Shown piece after piece: positions 35,690 to 49,164 of a stretch of DNA of 64,000 bases. The translations under genes were made by a program, and so were the position numbers. How positions within the stretch are numbered: position 1 is the stretch's first letter; each line of letters opens with the position of its first letter. Origin of the DNA: Macrostomum lignano (Eukaryota); the NCBI GenBank assembly GCA_002269645.1, contig NIVC01000228.1, positions 1 through 64,000 on the forward strand, written 5' to 3'. The notes under the pieces were generated by a model. That model worked only from the letters and a program-made list of their open reading frames with translations, ran no database searches and was not told the origin of the DNA.

Positions 35690-36055
35690 AATTGCATTTT
35701 CACTATATGTAACAGGTCCCTTACATGCTGCATGTTTAGGTGGAGCAGCCTCTCTCTCTCTCTCTCTCGGATATGCTATAGCCCTTAACTACTATTGTTT
35801 CACAATTGCATTTTCACTATATGTAACAGGTCCCTTACATGCTGCATGTCTAGGTGGAGCAGCCTCTCGGGTATGCTATAACCCTTTATTAATATTTCAC
35901 ATTTGCACTATCACTATATATAACAGGTCCCTTACATGCTGCATGTTTAGGTGGAGCAATATGCTATAGCACTTTAACTACAATTATCTAATGATCACAG
36001 CTTCGCTATACAACAGGTCTATTACATGATGCGAGTTCAGTTGAAGCAGCCTCTC
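35690..36055. repeat. Degenerate ~100-115-bp tandem repeat, ~4 copies
   Basis: Core TAACAGGTCCCTTACATGCTGCATGTTTAGGTGGAGCA repeated. Confidence 0.8.
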
Positions 36056-36424
36056 TATTATAAGCCCTTTTTATTATAGCTAGCGTCTTAAAACAAGTCA
36101 TGTTTTCTTATGTGTGGAAAGGCATGGAAACTGTATGCGCTACTATTCTGGATAAATTGGGAATCTACTACAACGCACTGCTGGCTAATAACTTCAAGCG
36201 TTTGAATCTTCATATCGCCAATTCACATAGACTTTCTATCAGTAGCTTTGCAAGTTTTAATAAATATACTGACGCTGCTATTCTGACATTTGCAAACCCA
36301 ACTGAATGGATTGGTTAATTGATGGACTTTCGTGTTTCATTATTGTCATCCAGGGTGACCGTTTAAACTTTTGATATCCAATGAAGGAAAAACAGCTGGA
36401 TTCATTTAGCGCAACTGCTTTTGA

Positions 36425-37423
36425 TCGGTAATCGAGGTCAAATCACCAGTCTTAGGGGTCAAAACACCAGTAGAGGTCACATCACCAGTCAACATGGTCA
36501 CATCACCAGTCAACATGGTCACATCACCAGTCAGTCTGGTCACATCACCAGTCAACATGGTCACATCACCAGTCAACATGGTCACATCACCAGTCAGTCT
36601 GGTCACATCACCAGTCATTAAGGTCACATCACCAGTCAATCGGGTCACATCACCAGTCACCAAGGTCACATCACCAGTCAGTCGGGTCACATCACCAGTC
36701 AATTGGGTCACATCACCAGTCAACTGGGTCACATCACCAGTCAGTCGGGTCACATCACCAGTCAATTGGGTCACATCACCAGTCAACTGGGTCACATCAC
36801 CAGTCAGTCGGGTCACATCACCAGTCAATTGGGTCACATCACCAGTCAACTATGTCACATCACCAGTCAACGCAGTCACATCACCAGTCAACGCGGTCAC
36901 ATCACCAGTCAGTCGGGTCACATCACCAGTCAATTGGGTCACATCACCAGTCAACTGGGTCACATCACCAGTCAGTCGGGTCACATCACCAGTCAATTGG
37001 GTCACATCACCAGTCAACATGGTCACATCACTAGTCAGTCGGGTCACATCACCAGTCAGTCGGGTCACATCACCAGTCAATTGGGTCACATCACCAGTCA
37101 ACTGGGTCACATCACCAGTCAACGCGGTCACATCACCAGTCAACGCGGTCACATCACCAGTCAACGCGGTCACAACACCAGTCAACATGGTCACATCATC
37201 AGTCAACTGGGTCACATCACCAGTCAACGCGGTCACATCACCAGTCAGTTGGGTCACATCACCAGTCAGTCGGGTCACATCACCAGTCAGTCGGGTCACA
37301 TCACCAGTCAACATGGTCACATCACCAGTCACCAAGGTCACATCACCAGTCCCTAAGGTCAAAACACCAGTAGAGGTCATAACACCAGTAGAGGTCACAT
37401 CACCAGTCACTAAGGTGATGTGA
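36425..37423 (+). repeat. 21-bp minisatellite (GGTCACATCACCAGTCAACTG), ~45 copies, stop-free as (VTSPVxx)n
   Basis: Direct inspection; coding status unresolved. Confidence 0.9.
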
Positions 37424-39496
37424 CCATCCAATCCAATTAAACGTAGAAACAATCAAACGAAGCGGAGACTGGGTGAAATGCGTGAAATGATCAAAACTCG
37501 CAAGCAAGAGAATAGCTAACTTAACTAACCATAGATTGAAGAATTGGCTGGCTGGCTGACTGACTTGCATTCTGCCTTCGATTGATACTTGCGCGCGCGC
37601 ATTTTTATCAGTTAGCGGGCTACCCCCCACGCTTTCTATTTCGATACCAACGAGTTAAATATAAATGGGGGATGACCCTAGACAGTATACAAATGACCTT
37701 ATCATTGGCCAATACAGAGCAGCAAAAACCAACCCCCATAAATACAAGCCAATAGATGCGTAAAATTGATGCTAAAATTGGCGAGCATGGTATATCCTAG
37801 GGTCTTTGCTTTTTGTTGGACACTTTCCGTGCGTGCTAACAAAAACTTGCGCACTTGCGCGCACATTTCTAGCAAAGTTGCGTAACTTTAAAAAGCTTAC
37901 GTGGGCGAAGCTTAATATTCTAAGAAATCTTGCATAATTTCATTTAAATTTTAAATATTGTACTTGTTACAGTAAACCAAAGTTATTGCAAATTTCAAAA
38001 CAAAGCTACTGGGAAGTACAATTAACTAAAAGAAAAAATATTTTTTTTATTTTTAAAGATTTATTTAAACTTTAATAAAACATTACAACAATTATTAATT
38101 ACAACATTAAAACAATAATTGCTAAGAAATTCTAGTGACAAAAACTTGCGCAAAAAAATTGCGCGCAACTTTTTGTTCCAAACTTGTCATTGTCATGCAA
38201 AGATTCCATCCTGGGCTGCAGCTAAGGGGAAAGGGCCCTGGCCCCCTTGCTTGGCCCTCTCCCCTCTCTGGATCTGCCCCTGTAAATACTCTAAATAAAA
38301 TATAAAATTATGAATAGACAAATTATCAATGTCATCATATATCTATTTTATCTACATCTACATAGTACTTGGTCTCATAGGCCTAAAGTTCCTAAATAAA
38401 TAAATAAATGTCTATTCAGCTATTGTGAACATTGACACCATGATGGTATTAATGTTAAGTAAAAAAGCTAATAATTAGTACAGGATAGATTTGCAGTGCA
38501 ATGGATGCCAATGAAATTGCAAGGTAGAGTTAGCCTTACCTTATTATCTGATGATGAAATAGTGGTATCATTCAATCTAAAGATCTTTATTCCTCATTCA
38601 CAGAATGGGTGAATAGCTAGCAAATTAAGCTTGGTCAGTTAGAGTCTTAGAGATGGCCGGCTTATTTCAGACACACCAGTCTATCTGACTATCTAAGAGC
38701 CCATCTGACTAACTAAGGCTAACCGTTCAAGATTTTTATTCTTAACCTTCGAAAAAGCGCAGCTACCGAAATTGCCAACTTTCAGCCGTCTAAAAATTTC
38801 ACAAATCGATAATTTTAAAGCTTCGTGTGGAGAAATTTCATTGGACGCGAAATACACCTTAGCAACGTCGTGTCACTTACGTACGCTTTTACTTATTAGT
38901 AGCAATGCACAAATATGTACTGAGAACATTTTAGCATAAACAACAAATTATCATATTTAGTTACTTTGTCTGTATTTTTAATGCTTATCGACTGAAAAAT
39001 TCATGTTCTTTGCACCAACAGACTATTAAGCTCAATCAAATCTGCTTTACACTCGGTAGTCAACAGCTTTGGCCTCTCAGTGACATATATGAGGCCTAAA
39101 ATAAGCCGTTTTGCCTCTTACTTCTAAGTTCCGATTATTTAAGCTTCTGACCGTAAAATGTAAATTGGAAATCTATTTTTTGAAATTATTCAAAGCTGAG
39201 AGAAGCGTAGAGGAGCGTAGAGGAGAATTTCTCAAATACTTGAGTTGCTACAATCCCGTGACAAGCATATGCATGTCCCCGAGCCCCTTCCCCATCAAAC
39301 AAAAAATATATAGCAACTATTTTTTCAATTGTTGACAAGTTACTGAAAATGTAGCTACCATAAATAAGTTACATTTAATTTTCTCCCATTAGTTCGCTGC
39401 TAAACTATTAAATGTAAGAAGCTGCAAGAGTGCTAAAGTGGCACACAGAATGGAGCGAGAGAAAGACTAAAATCATGGAATAGATCGCAGTGCGGT

Positions 39497-39512
39497 GGCC
39501 CTTAAAAGGGCC
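39497..39512 (-). other. Histone-mRNA-type 3' stem-loop (AAAC GGCCCT TTTA AGGGCC ACC on minus)
   Basis: Perfect stem with canonical flanks; no histone ORF recognised upstream. Confidence 0.75.
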
Positions 39513-39907
39513 GTTTTATCTTTCTAATTAACAAAAAGACGGAATGAGAAGCTTGCTCGAACCAAGCTAAAGGCATTGGTAGAAGCTGCATTTTAAGCGT
39601 GCAAGATTTTATGCGTAGATATACATGTACGATCAATTATCTCATACTTACACGTGCACATGAAGCATGTGCAGGACTGGTTTACTTACTTGTACATGCA
39701 TTATTATTGCACAGTACGATGTACGGTTCGTGTGCACGCGCGCTTTCAAAAAAATATTAGGAGCGCTAAACATTGCTTGCGGTCGCAAAAGGAGTCCCAA
39801 GTGCCCTGAACTGCCAAGGGGGGCGACTTTTTGGCCCCAGCTGTTGTGAGGGCTGGCATTGAAGAAGTTTCATTTTAAAAGGCGCGTGATAAACAGAGAA
39901 TCTTAAT

Positions 39908-40094
39908 TCACAATCCCTTCAGTTTAAGACCCTTCATTCACAAACCCTTCATTCACAATCCCTTCATTCACAAACCCTTCATTCACAATCCCTTCATTCA
40001 CAAACCCTTCATTCACAATCCCTTCATTCACAATCCCTTCATTCACAATCCCTTCATTCACAATCCCTTCATTCACAATCCCTTCATTCACAAA
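39908..40094. repeat. 15-bp minisatellite (CACAAWCCCTTCATT), ~11 copies
   Basis: Direct inspection. Confidence 0.9.
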
Positions 40095-40294
40095 CCATTG
40101 ATTCTGTAGTAAGTCATTAGAATTAACTCGTAGTCTCGGTTAAATTGAAAAAAATTCCTCGGCTTGTTGAGATCCAATTTACGTACCACAGTTTGAAAGT
40201 GATGGCATTGTGATTGATCGCTGATATTCATTTATTCATGCTCGGTGGGATCGCTGCGATCCTGAGCCTGGGCGCCAATATTTGGCGTCTGGGT

Positions 40295-40566
40295 TGGGCG
40301 CCCCTGTCTCTAGGTGGGCGCACCTGTACCTGGGTGGGCGCCCCTGTCTTTTGGTGGGCGCCCCTGTCTTTTGGTGGGCGCCCCTGTCTCTGGGTGGGCG
40401 CCCCTGTCTTTTGGTGGGCGCCCCTGTCTCTGGGTGGGCGCCCCTGTCTTTTGGTGGGCGCCCCTGCCTCTGGGTGGGCGCCCCTGTCTCTGGGTGGGCG
40501 CCCCTATTTTTTGGCGGGCGCCCCTGTCTCTTTGTGGGCGCCCCTGTCTCTTTGTGGGCGCCCCTG
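40295..40566. repeat. 21-bp minisatellite (GGTGGGCGCCCCTGTCTYTTG), ~13 copies
   Basis: Direct inspection; typical internal repeat of non-autonomous DNA elements. Confidence 0.9.
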
Positions 40567-41487
40567 GGAGCTGGTCCCTCCCCAACTGCTCCAACGCAAC
40601 AAACGCGGGCCATAAATAAAAGCACTGCTGGGCACAATTCGGTTTTGTTCACAATTCCCAATTCTTCACAATTATTGCAATGCAGCATGGCGGATACTCA
40701 TAAATTCTTTAATAACATATACGAGCCATGTTCAAAAATATTCATCAATTTTTTGCAAGCATTCTACACTTTAAATAATTCACAAATAACATTGGGCCCA
40801 GAAGAAGCTCTCACAATCATGACCTAACTCCGAGATTTCTGCTCAGCCGCAAGGGACAATTCTTAAGTATAGAAGGACGCAACAGCTCGAAATCTATATC
40901 TATGGTAAATGTTTTGAAGGCCACTTTTCGCCGAAAAATACACTACCGAAGATATAGAGGTTTTAATTTTTTCAGCACAAAAATTGTTATTGCTTTTGAT
41001 AGGAGGCAGATCCAGTGTTCATCTTTTGATGTGTTGTGCCTTTCTTATGGCTTTATCGATATTTATAAAAGTTTTTCGTTCAGAAATAGTTTTAAAGGCA
41101 GGTTGCACCGGAAAAATACACTACGGAGATAGGAAATTTCACGATTTTCAACACGGAAACAGTGATTGAGTCTCTTAACAGTGTCAGAGAAAGTTCTAAT
41201 CACACTATGTTGTGCCTTGCATGCTGCTCTAACGACGCATTAATCGATTTTTCAATTTTAAATTGGTCTTGTCATTATTTTAAGCGTTTTTTTCCCATAA
41301 GACCAATATAACTACAGTACGTACAGCTGTAACTTATACAGCTGCTGCAGCCAATTTATAATGTACCATAACTCCCAGTTACATTTCACTCAATAATTTG
41401 CTTCTAAACTGTTACATAAGCTGCAACAGCGCAAGAGCGGCAATGCCATTTGGTGCAAAATCTTAATTATGTGCGTGCCCACAGAAT

Positions 41488-41503
41488 TGCCCTTAAAAGG
41501 GCC
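41488..41503 (-). other. Histone-type stem-loop, one stem mismatch
   Basis: Minus strand AAAACGGCCCTTTTAAGGGCAATT. Confidence 0.55.
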
Positions 41504-41830
41504 GTTTTATAGTTTAAGTAAACCAGCGAAACAAAGACGAAATTGCACGAAAGCAAGCGAGACTGAGTGTTGGAAAACAACTATAAACTTCTTGTTTCTA
41601 TTTTGAGCATGTAAATAAGCATAGGTAGTTCTGCTGGAAGTTAAATTGTAAATATTATCCAAAATCAAGCTGCTGGAACTGGAAGGTGAAAAGGTTTTAT
41701 ATGTTAGGAAATTATTTTAATAAAAATTTTACATACCTATTGATTAATGATTCTCGCCGTGAAGGCGGACATACATAGCTGTGCAATATTGCTAAAGTTG
41801 TACATGTAATTATACATGTATTGGCACTGT

Positions 41831-41846
41831 GGCCCTTAAAAGGGCC
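41831..41846 (-). other. Histone-type stem-loop, perfect
   Basis: Minus strand AAAACGGCCCTTTTAAGGGCCACAG. Confidence 0.75.
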
Positions 41847-42394
41847 GTTTTACTTTTCTATAAAGTAAATAAAAATGGAATGAATTTGAGAATATTGCTG
41901 CTCAAACCAAGCTAAACGCACATAAGTAGAAAAAATATTTCAGGCGTGTTAGATTTCTTGGTTCACAAACTCTTGATTCACAAAACACATTAATTCACGA
42001 AAAATTAAGTCACAAACTGCTACATGTACGATTCACAAACCCTGACAATTAAATAACTAATCAGCAAATATTCTGACGTAACGGAATTCGTCTCTGCTTC
42101 TTGGTGGGCGCCCCCCAGCTGTCTCTTGGTGAATGAGACCTTCCCCAACATGCTCCAACGCAATAAACGCGAACCATAAATACAAATACCATATAAACTA
42201 TTTTAGCCTCTCCCCCCATAGCAACACTGTACAATTCTAACCATTCACATAGAGGACTGCATGTGTCTTGGTAAAGCTCGAGTCTAAGTTATCCAGTTCA
42301 AATATTGATTCGATCTACAAGAGAACTGAGAGTTCGAATCGGGAGACCACTTGCTTTAGGTATGATCCATATTCCTTAAGACTGCTTTGCATGG

Positions 42395-42470
<76 letters not shown>

Positions 42471-42562
42471 GGCAGGCAGACAGGCAGACAGACAGACAGA
42501 CAGGCAGGCCAGGCAGACAGGCAGGCAGACAGACAGACAGACAGGCAGGCAGATAGACAGAC
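42395..42562. repeat. (GACA)n microsatellite
   Basis: Direct inspection. Confidence 0.95.
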
Positions 42563-44234
42563 AAAATGAAAAAGACAAAGACAGAAGAATGGTCCAGATG
42601 TAAATTAATGCTCTTGTGTGTGCTATATTGTTTCCTCTTTCACCGCTTTTTGGTATTCGGCGGAAATTTTGAGCAGCAACTGCTATGCGCAGAACCACTT
42701 GGGCAGAACCAAAGCGCAGACTTTGGTCTCAGCGGTACCCACGCAGTCTGCACAGGCGACTTTGGTCTCAGCGGTGCCCAACATGTCAGTGCCAACGTTG
42801 TCGTTTGTGGCGCCATCGACAACTAGTATAGGTTTACCCAATTCTACCGGTACACTGTGCCTTCAACGCTGCCTGCCATGCCTCTCAGCAACTATAAAGG
42901 AGCAATTACCAGTTGTAGTGAATGCGCCGCCGATAATTCACTTTTTAAATGCTCTTTCAAGTTCCAACTCACAGGCGATCCAATTTTTTTCACAAATCCG
43001 CCTACTTAAATGGTGTGCTTTGAAAATGAAGGCGAATCCGGCTGCCCAAAATTGCGCTCTCGAATTTTTAACGGGAATTCTTTCGTTACCGGACATGCAA
43101 AATTACTTCAATTGCTACGTAAGTGAAAAGTGTTATACGAGTATTTAGTGTAAAAAATCTATCCTACGATTCTGAACGAATACGTTAATTGTATTTGTAA
43201 TTATTAATTACTAAAATACAAATGTCTACGACAACTAGAACAAACAGACTTATTTGCAAAGCTTACTTACTTTTGACAGATGAATACAACGCTCGTTTGT
43301 TCCACATGCCACGCCGTTACACGCCTGGAGAAGAGTGATTTGACATCAATTTTGCGCGTACCAGTTATTGAAGTCATCGCCGAATCACACAGACATTTCG
43401 TGTCCAGTTTGTACTCTCGGTCGACGTAGCCACCACCAGGCCTCATGTCTTTTACGTCAAAGTTTCTATCCCCCTTCTTTCATATGTACAGAACAACAAC
43501 AGTATAATGGACCGGAGGGAGTCTAACTATTGTATATACAAACTCTTAGATATTAGGTTTTACTGACCTTATCTGCTACTGCTAGCTGGTATGCTCGTAT
43601 GTTAAAGTAATTAGTAGAAAGTAGAATTTAGCAGGCAAGCAAAGAGATCGAGTTTCCAGTTTTTTTGTTTAGCATAGGTCTTAAAACGATGAGAAATAAT
43701 AGAGAGGTGTGCAGGCAGTGGCGTGACCCAGCAGCCAGGCGAGCAAGGGGCTTGCGTACAACGTTATAATTTCTTCCTATTTCCTATCAACGTTACAATA
43801 GCTTCCATTTTACTCACTGGAAAGGAGGAAAAACCTTTTCCCCACATACGCACTCTAGTTAGATTTCTTGGTCTGTGGTCTTTGTCCCCGTGCATCTCTA
43901 TCGCTCGGTTGGGGGTTAGGGCTGAGGGAAGGTGGGTTAATTACCTTTGCAATATAATGAGTAGGCACCTTTTTTACAGTCATTTTGACAAAAAAAGCCC
44001 ATACGCAATGCGGGATGCGCAGTCAAGTGGGAGTTCTTTGTCTGTGGAATATGGAAAATTGATCGATGACGGAAGCTATGCTTACAAGCCCCACATGTGA
44101 AAAGCAGACAATGGGGAGAGACAGTCAGTGAGCAGCATTAAAAAAATAGGTCACCATAGACAAACAATAGATATTAAACACAACTTTTGCTACCCGCCGC
44201 CGTCTCTACACGTACAGGAATTAGTTGATTAGAC

Positions 44235-47200
44235 CTAATCACCTGACAGTGACACTAGTGGTACAATGAGGTAACAGTCTGGCTGCGGCAGCATTATGCA
44301 CTTCCTCGTGGGCACTCCCGTAATAGTTTGACGCGAATCAGAATAGTAGCCGATCCGTAGGAGTGACGAGGGGTAGGGGTAGTTGTATAAGGTGCCGGTC
44401 AGGGTGAGAACAACTCTATAGACTTTTTTGTTGCCATGGACTTCGGCTATGCGCACTACATGGTCTCCAATCATGCAACAATTATAGGGCGCATTTGAGC
44501 TGTATCGCAGAGATGATAGCGGACTCTTGGTTAGCAGCTCGCGGACATTAAGCATTTGCGTTAGCAGGTGTGAAGTGACAAAACGCGTCACTTGAAGCCG
44601 CTTCTTAATGTGTGATAAGTAGTTCTCAAAAGGAACGCTAAAAAGTTGCTTAAGCACCCAAAGATTTGAACGAATTCAGGGAGATGCAGCAGTACGTGGG
44701 TGTTGTGACTCATGACGGTGTCACCGTACACCTCGTGGGCTTGGGCGACAAACTTCTTCAGGCAAGTTGCGGCTTCAAACACTTCAGTATTGATGCAGTA
44801 GTCGGATGGCATAAACACATAGATTGCGAAATGTAAAAGAAGAAAGTTCTTGAAAAGTTGATCAGGAAAGAATCGCCGGAACAGAACTGGACCGAAGTAA
44901 AGAAGATAGTTTTTTTTAACTCAGACGCCTTGAAATGTGCTAATTCTTGGTCAATCCGACGAGGACGTCGCTGGAATTGTAACGGAGTGAAGGGAGCAAC
45001 CCTTTCGATCTCGTCGGACAGCGCTGTGATTTCACCGGGCCTCAGTTTACAATGGCGGCCGTCATCTATCGAGAACAGAAAGTGAAACAGCTTCCGCACT
45101 GTTCCAAGGCAGACAAGATGCATAGAGTCCGGTGGTATGCACTTAGGGAACTCCAACCCCGGCAGTTGCATAAGTGGACCGGATCCGGCTCGCTGATTTG
45201 ACTCACTGCAATTTGAATGAGAAATGAAGTAAGGGAATGAGAGATGAAGGGAGGGGATGGGAGATTAAAGGGAGGAAATAGGAGATGAAGTAAGGGAATG
45301 AGAGATGAAGGGAGGGGATGGGAGATCAAAGGGAGGAAGAGGAATTGACTAACCATCCTGCGCGATAATCTTCAGTTGTACGAGACTCTCCTGCTGTTGT
45401 TGGATAGACGATTCGTCTATCTACGGTCTTTGCGGGACTTTTGCAATAAAAGCAGCCGAAATGTGAATTGTGGCCGAGCGTTTTCGTGATGAAGGAACGA
45501 GCTGGTGCATCGCAGATAAAATTCAAGTTGCGCAGTTTGATGATCACTCCCTCAATCGTCGCGAAGTTAGACATCAGCTCTGTAGCACTCAACAGACATT
45601 AACACTCAAAAATAGTGCAGTAGAAACATTGCTATGCTCTTTCGTCTATGGCATTAGTTGGCGCCGGAAGGAGTCGAGGAGGGGGGAAAGTGAGAATGGG
45701 GGTGTGGATGAAATTTAAATAAATTTTAGTCTATGGCCCACATCGACATTAACATGCACTGTAGTTTTTTGATCCCATAAAGAGGGATACAGAAGGTTTA
45801 AGAGAGATGAGTAGAAAGACAGCAGATTTGATTGCTTGCATCTTTCATTTACTCAAACAAAATCGCCATGGCTGACGCAGAGCCAACTACAGTGGCAGAA
45901 GTTCTGCCTCCTCTATTTAACTACGGAGCTATGCCGAATGGTGAGATTTCAGGAGTAACATCCGGCGAGTTCGACTTGATCTGCACGTCATTCGATCATG
46001 CCCAAGGTCATTAGACAGTCGAGATGCAGCGAACCGCTATAGATTCTCCGAGAAAAGCTGCTAGAGGCTTTCGCTATCTTCTTGAGTTAATGATGAACGT
46101 CAGTGAGAAAGCAGGCCTTACTAAGGTGTACACCGACCGCTGCATATGGTAGGTAGTTTGACCTGTACTTTTGCCCACCATATTCATGTGTCTCTGTAAA
46201 CACATTTGAATCTAGACAAATCAGTTACCAACTTATCTTAAACTGCAGAGTAACTAGAGCGTGCCACCTGGATGCCTGTGGCCAGACTATCCAGGAGATC
46301 TTGCTCATCACTGGGCGAAAGTGTGAGCGAACTGTTAAGCGCTACTTATCGAGGCGACGTGATCGCAGTTTGTATAGGGCATCTCTGGCTGTGGATCAGG
46401 CGCTGAATCATGCAGTTTCCGAAAATAATGTCAATAATAAGATCGTTAAGCTAGTTCGTCCAAAATCCAATCACAATAAGCGAGGCTACGATGGAGTAAT
46501 GTGCGGATGTTTATCAAGAGCCTGTCCAGACCGACGGCGCACTACGTGTGCAGGCTGCTCCGTCAAAGAAGATGAAAGTGACCATTGGCGGCAGTCGCAA
46601 TATGATTGATATTCTTTTTGAGTGACGTTTCTGTGTAGGCCTGGTATTAACTGATTAACATACGATTTCTTTGTTGAACAGTTTTTGATGTTTTTCTAAC
46701 ATAAAAAAATAAAATTTACCCTTTGTTATTATTTAAATTGCCGTTGCGTGTTAATGTCCAAAATGACATTAACACGCATCCCACGCGCGTGTAATTGTCA
46801 CCAAAAGTGCATAGCAATGCAATGGGGACGGGTCGAGCAAATCCGGCGATTGTTGCTAGGATGGGCCAGGCACTAAAGTTGGATCAGTTATAGATAGGCA
46901 TTCCATCAATGCCTATTTTTAAGTCCAGTTCGAATCCATCCAAACCGTCTGGAAGTGCAACCGCATGACTCAACTTCAGCAGATTGTTTTTTAGCAGGTA
47001 GGCTATGTTGGAGGCAATACATAGGTAAGCGAAATGGCTTGCACCCATGGAATACTTGAGAATCTTCTTTTTCCCGTCCTTGGTTGTTAACAAGTACAGA
47101 GATTTCGAGACGGGCAATCCGCGGCTGTGAAGTGCGTTTAATAAAAAATGCATCGCTCTGTGAGGTATGCTGTAGAGCAGGAAGAGTACCAACAACTCTT

Positions 47201-47564
47201 CGTCCAGAGATTCCAGAGTGGGCTTAGCTGGCTCTTCTTCTTCATAGACTCTTCCATCTCCTTCGCATAGATCTTCTTCTGGCAGTTCTACGGACAACAG
47301 GTATTGTGCAAGGTGTTGCGGGTCGAACTCGTGATTTGCGGTTACGCTGTCAGCACAAGGAGGCAGTTCGTCGGGTTGGTTGTCAAGCAGTTCGTCGGGT
47401 ATGTCTTCTACTACTTTATTTTTCTGTGCGCTTAATTTGGTATCTGATAGCACATTACTAAACTCTCTCCTAGAGTTGGAATAAAAAATCTTTCTCCTTT
47501 TAGTCATACCTTTGGATATAAAAGTAGGATCGATAACAATTGAATGGGATAGACTAGAACTCAA
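44235..47564 (-). pseudogene. EnSpm/CACTA transposase of element 2; introns, stop and frameshifts
   Basis: KIGIDGMPIYN*SNFSAWPILATI; FICDAPARSFITKTLGHNSHFGCFYC; PPDSMHLVCLGTVRK; FKASEL; HNTHVLLHL; PFENYL; ~1.2-kb interruption at ~45600-46800. Confidence 0.85.
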
Positions 47565-49005
47565 TGAACTGGTTAAAAATAGTATAGAATCAAACTGTTT
47601 TACTGAAGAATTAAATTTAATTGGTTTAATTGGTTGTTTCTTAAGTTAGTAAATAAAACTGAGTATAACAAAAATATGCGGAATAACGGAATGAACTGAA
47701 TCGAGAAGGAAAGACCACGTTCCTTCAATCGAGGGGTCGTGATTGGAGCAGAAAAGCGGGCTTTTTACAGCCCACCAATTCTATTGGACAAAAATTCTAT
47801 TGGCACGCTATACATACGTTTGTATTTCAAGTAAATCCAACTATAATCTGCAGTCTGTAGTCCAACCAGCAATCTTTTAGTTCAAACTGTGTTTTAAATT
47901 CTAGGAACTATCCCGATGAAAACGGTACCCAGGCCAAGAAGCGTCCCAGAGTCACTTGCGTCGCCCCAGAGTCGTTCTAGACGCGTTGCAGATTACATAG
48001 GTTAAATGGGACAGAAGTGATTCTAAACGCTTCTAAAGCGACGAAATGTCACGGTACAAGTCGCCAAAAAGTCGTCAAAGAGTCGCCCCAGAATCACTTT
48101 GAAGCGTTTTATTGTCTGCGACTCTAAAACGATTCTGGCGCGACTCTAGTGATTCTGGGGCGACGGTATAACGATTCTGGGGCCGTAGAGTCGTATTTGA
48201 CGCGTTCTAGAGTCGCATTAGAGTCACTGAGTTGTGTTTGAAGCGCATTTGCGTCGCTTGATGAATTAGAGTCGCATTTCCGGCGTTTCAGCGGCGTTTT
48301 GCAGTCGCTAAAAAGTCGCAAAAGAAGCGCTTTAGCGTCACTGTAGAATCGTTTGTGCGTCGCATCTGAGGCGCTCTGGACGCGTTACAGAGTCGTTACT
48401 ACTACCGGCCTTAAACAGACTGCTGGATCCTCATAGAAAGTGCATGCTCTTCAGTTAGAAACCCAGTACGCTGTAAACTTAGCGAAATGATGCAAAATTC
48501 GGAAAAGAACGTATGGAAAATTTTCATGCGTTTTCGACAGGCGTCGCAAGTCGGCCATTTATTGTTAAATATTAGCTGCCAGTTAATTGTTATATTATTG
48601 CAACAAAAATAGTGACCAAAAGGTATTAGTATTATTAGTGGCAGTGTTAGTAACAGTAGTAATAACTATTAAGTAGAAGTACAGAATGATCACAAATATT
48701 ACAGTTGAGTGATGATAAGTTTATTATTATTATTACATTTATTATTATCAAAAATTGTGATTAAATTATTGAGATTATTAACAATGGAAATCATTAAATT
48801 ATTATCAAATAATAGTAGTAGCAGTAAAAAATCGACAATAAAATGATTTATACATGTACAGTAGACAACGAATTCTCGCAGCTACGCTTTCATAAAGGAG
48901 AGTGGATAAGAGTAGCAGATTTATCGTATAGTTCTACGAGTACAATACAATAGTCTTGTGCTATCAAAGTATTGCAATCTTTACAAGTACTTACAAGACT
49001 ACAAG

Positions 49006-49158
49006 CAGAGGCGTAGGGAGGGGGGAATAGGGGGGATGTATCCCCCTCCGAAGAGCCTAACCAAAACTTTTTGTTGCCCTTTGTTGCTATACATGCTACC
49101 ATGTGAGCACTTTTACCTTGGTGTATCCCCCCGTAGGAAATTCCTGGCTACGCCCCTG
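49006..49158. mobile_element. Degenerate hAT-type MITE
   Basis: CAGAGGCGTA...CTGGCTACGCCCCTG ends; flanks ACTACAAG / ACTAAAAG (7/8 TSD); same TIR family as 60130-60625. Confidence 0.65.
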
Positions 49159-49164
49159 ACTAAA

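Noticed and set aside
40214-40827. WAPLSLGGRP-repeat ORFs
   Set aside because: All frames of a GC-rich 21-bp array are open; no independent coding evidence
42566-43440. Exon-like ORFs (42618-43148 and ~43280-43430)
   Set aside because: Splice-like signals are present but no family could be recognised, so no product was called
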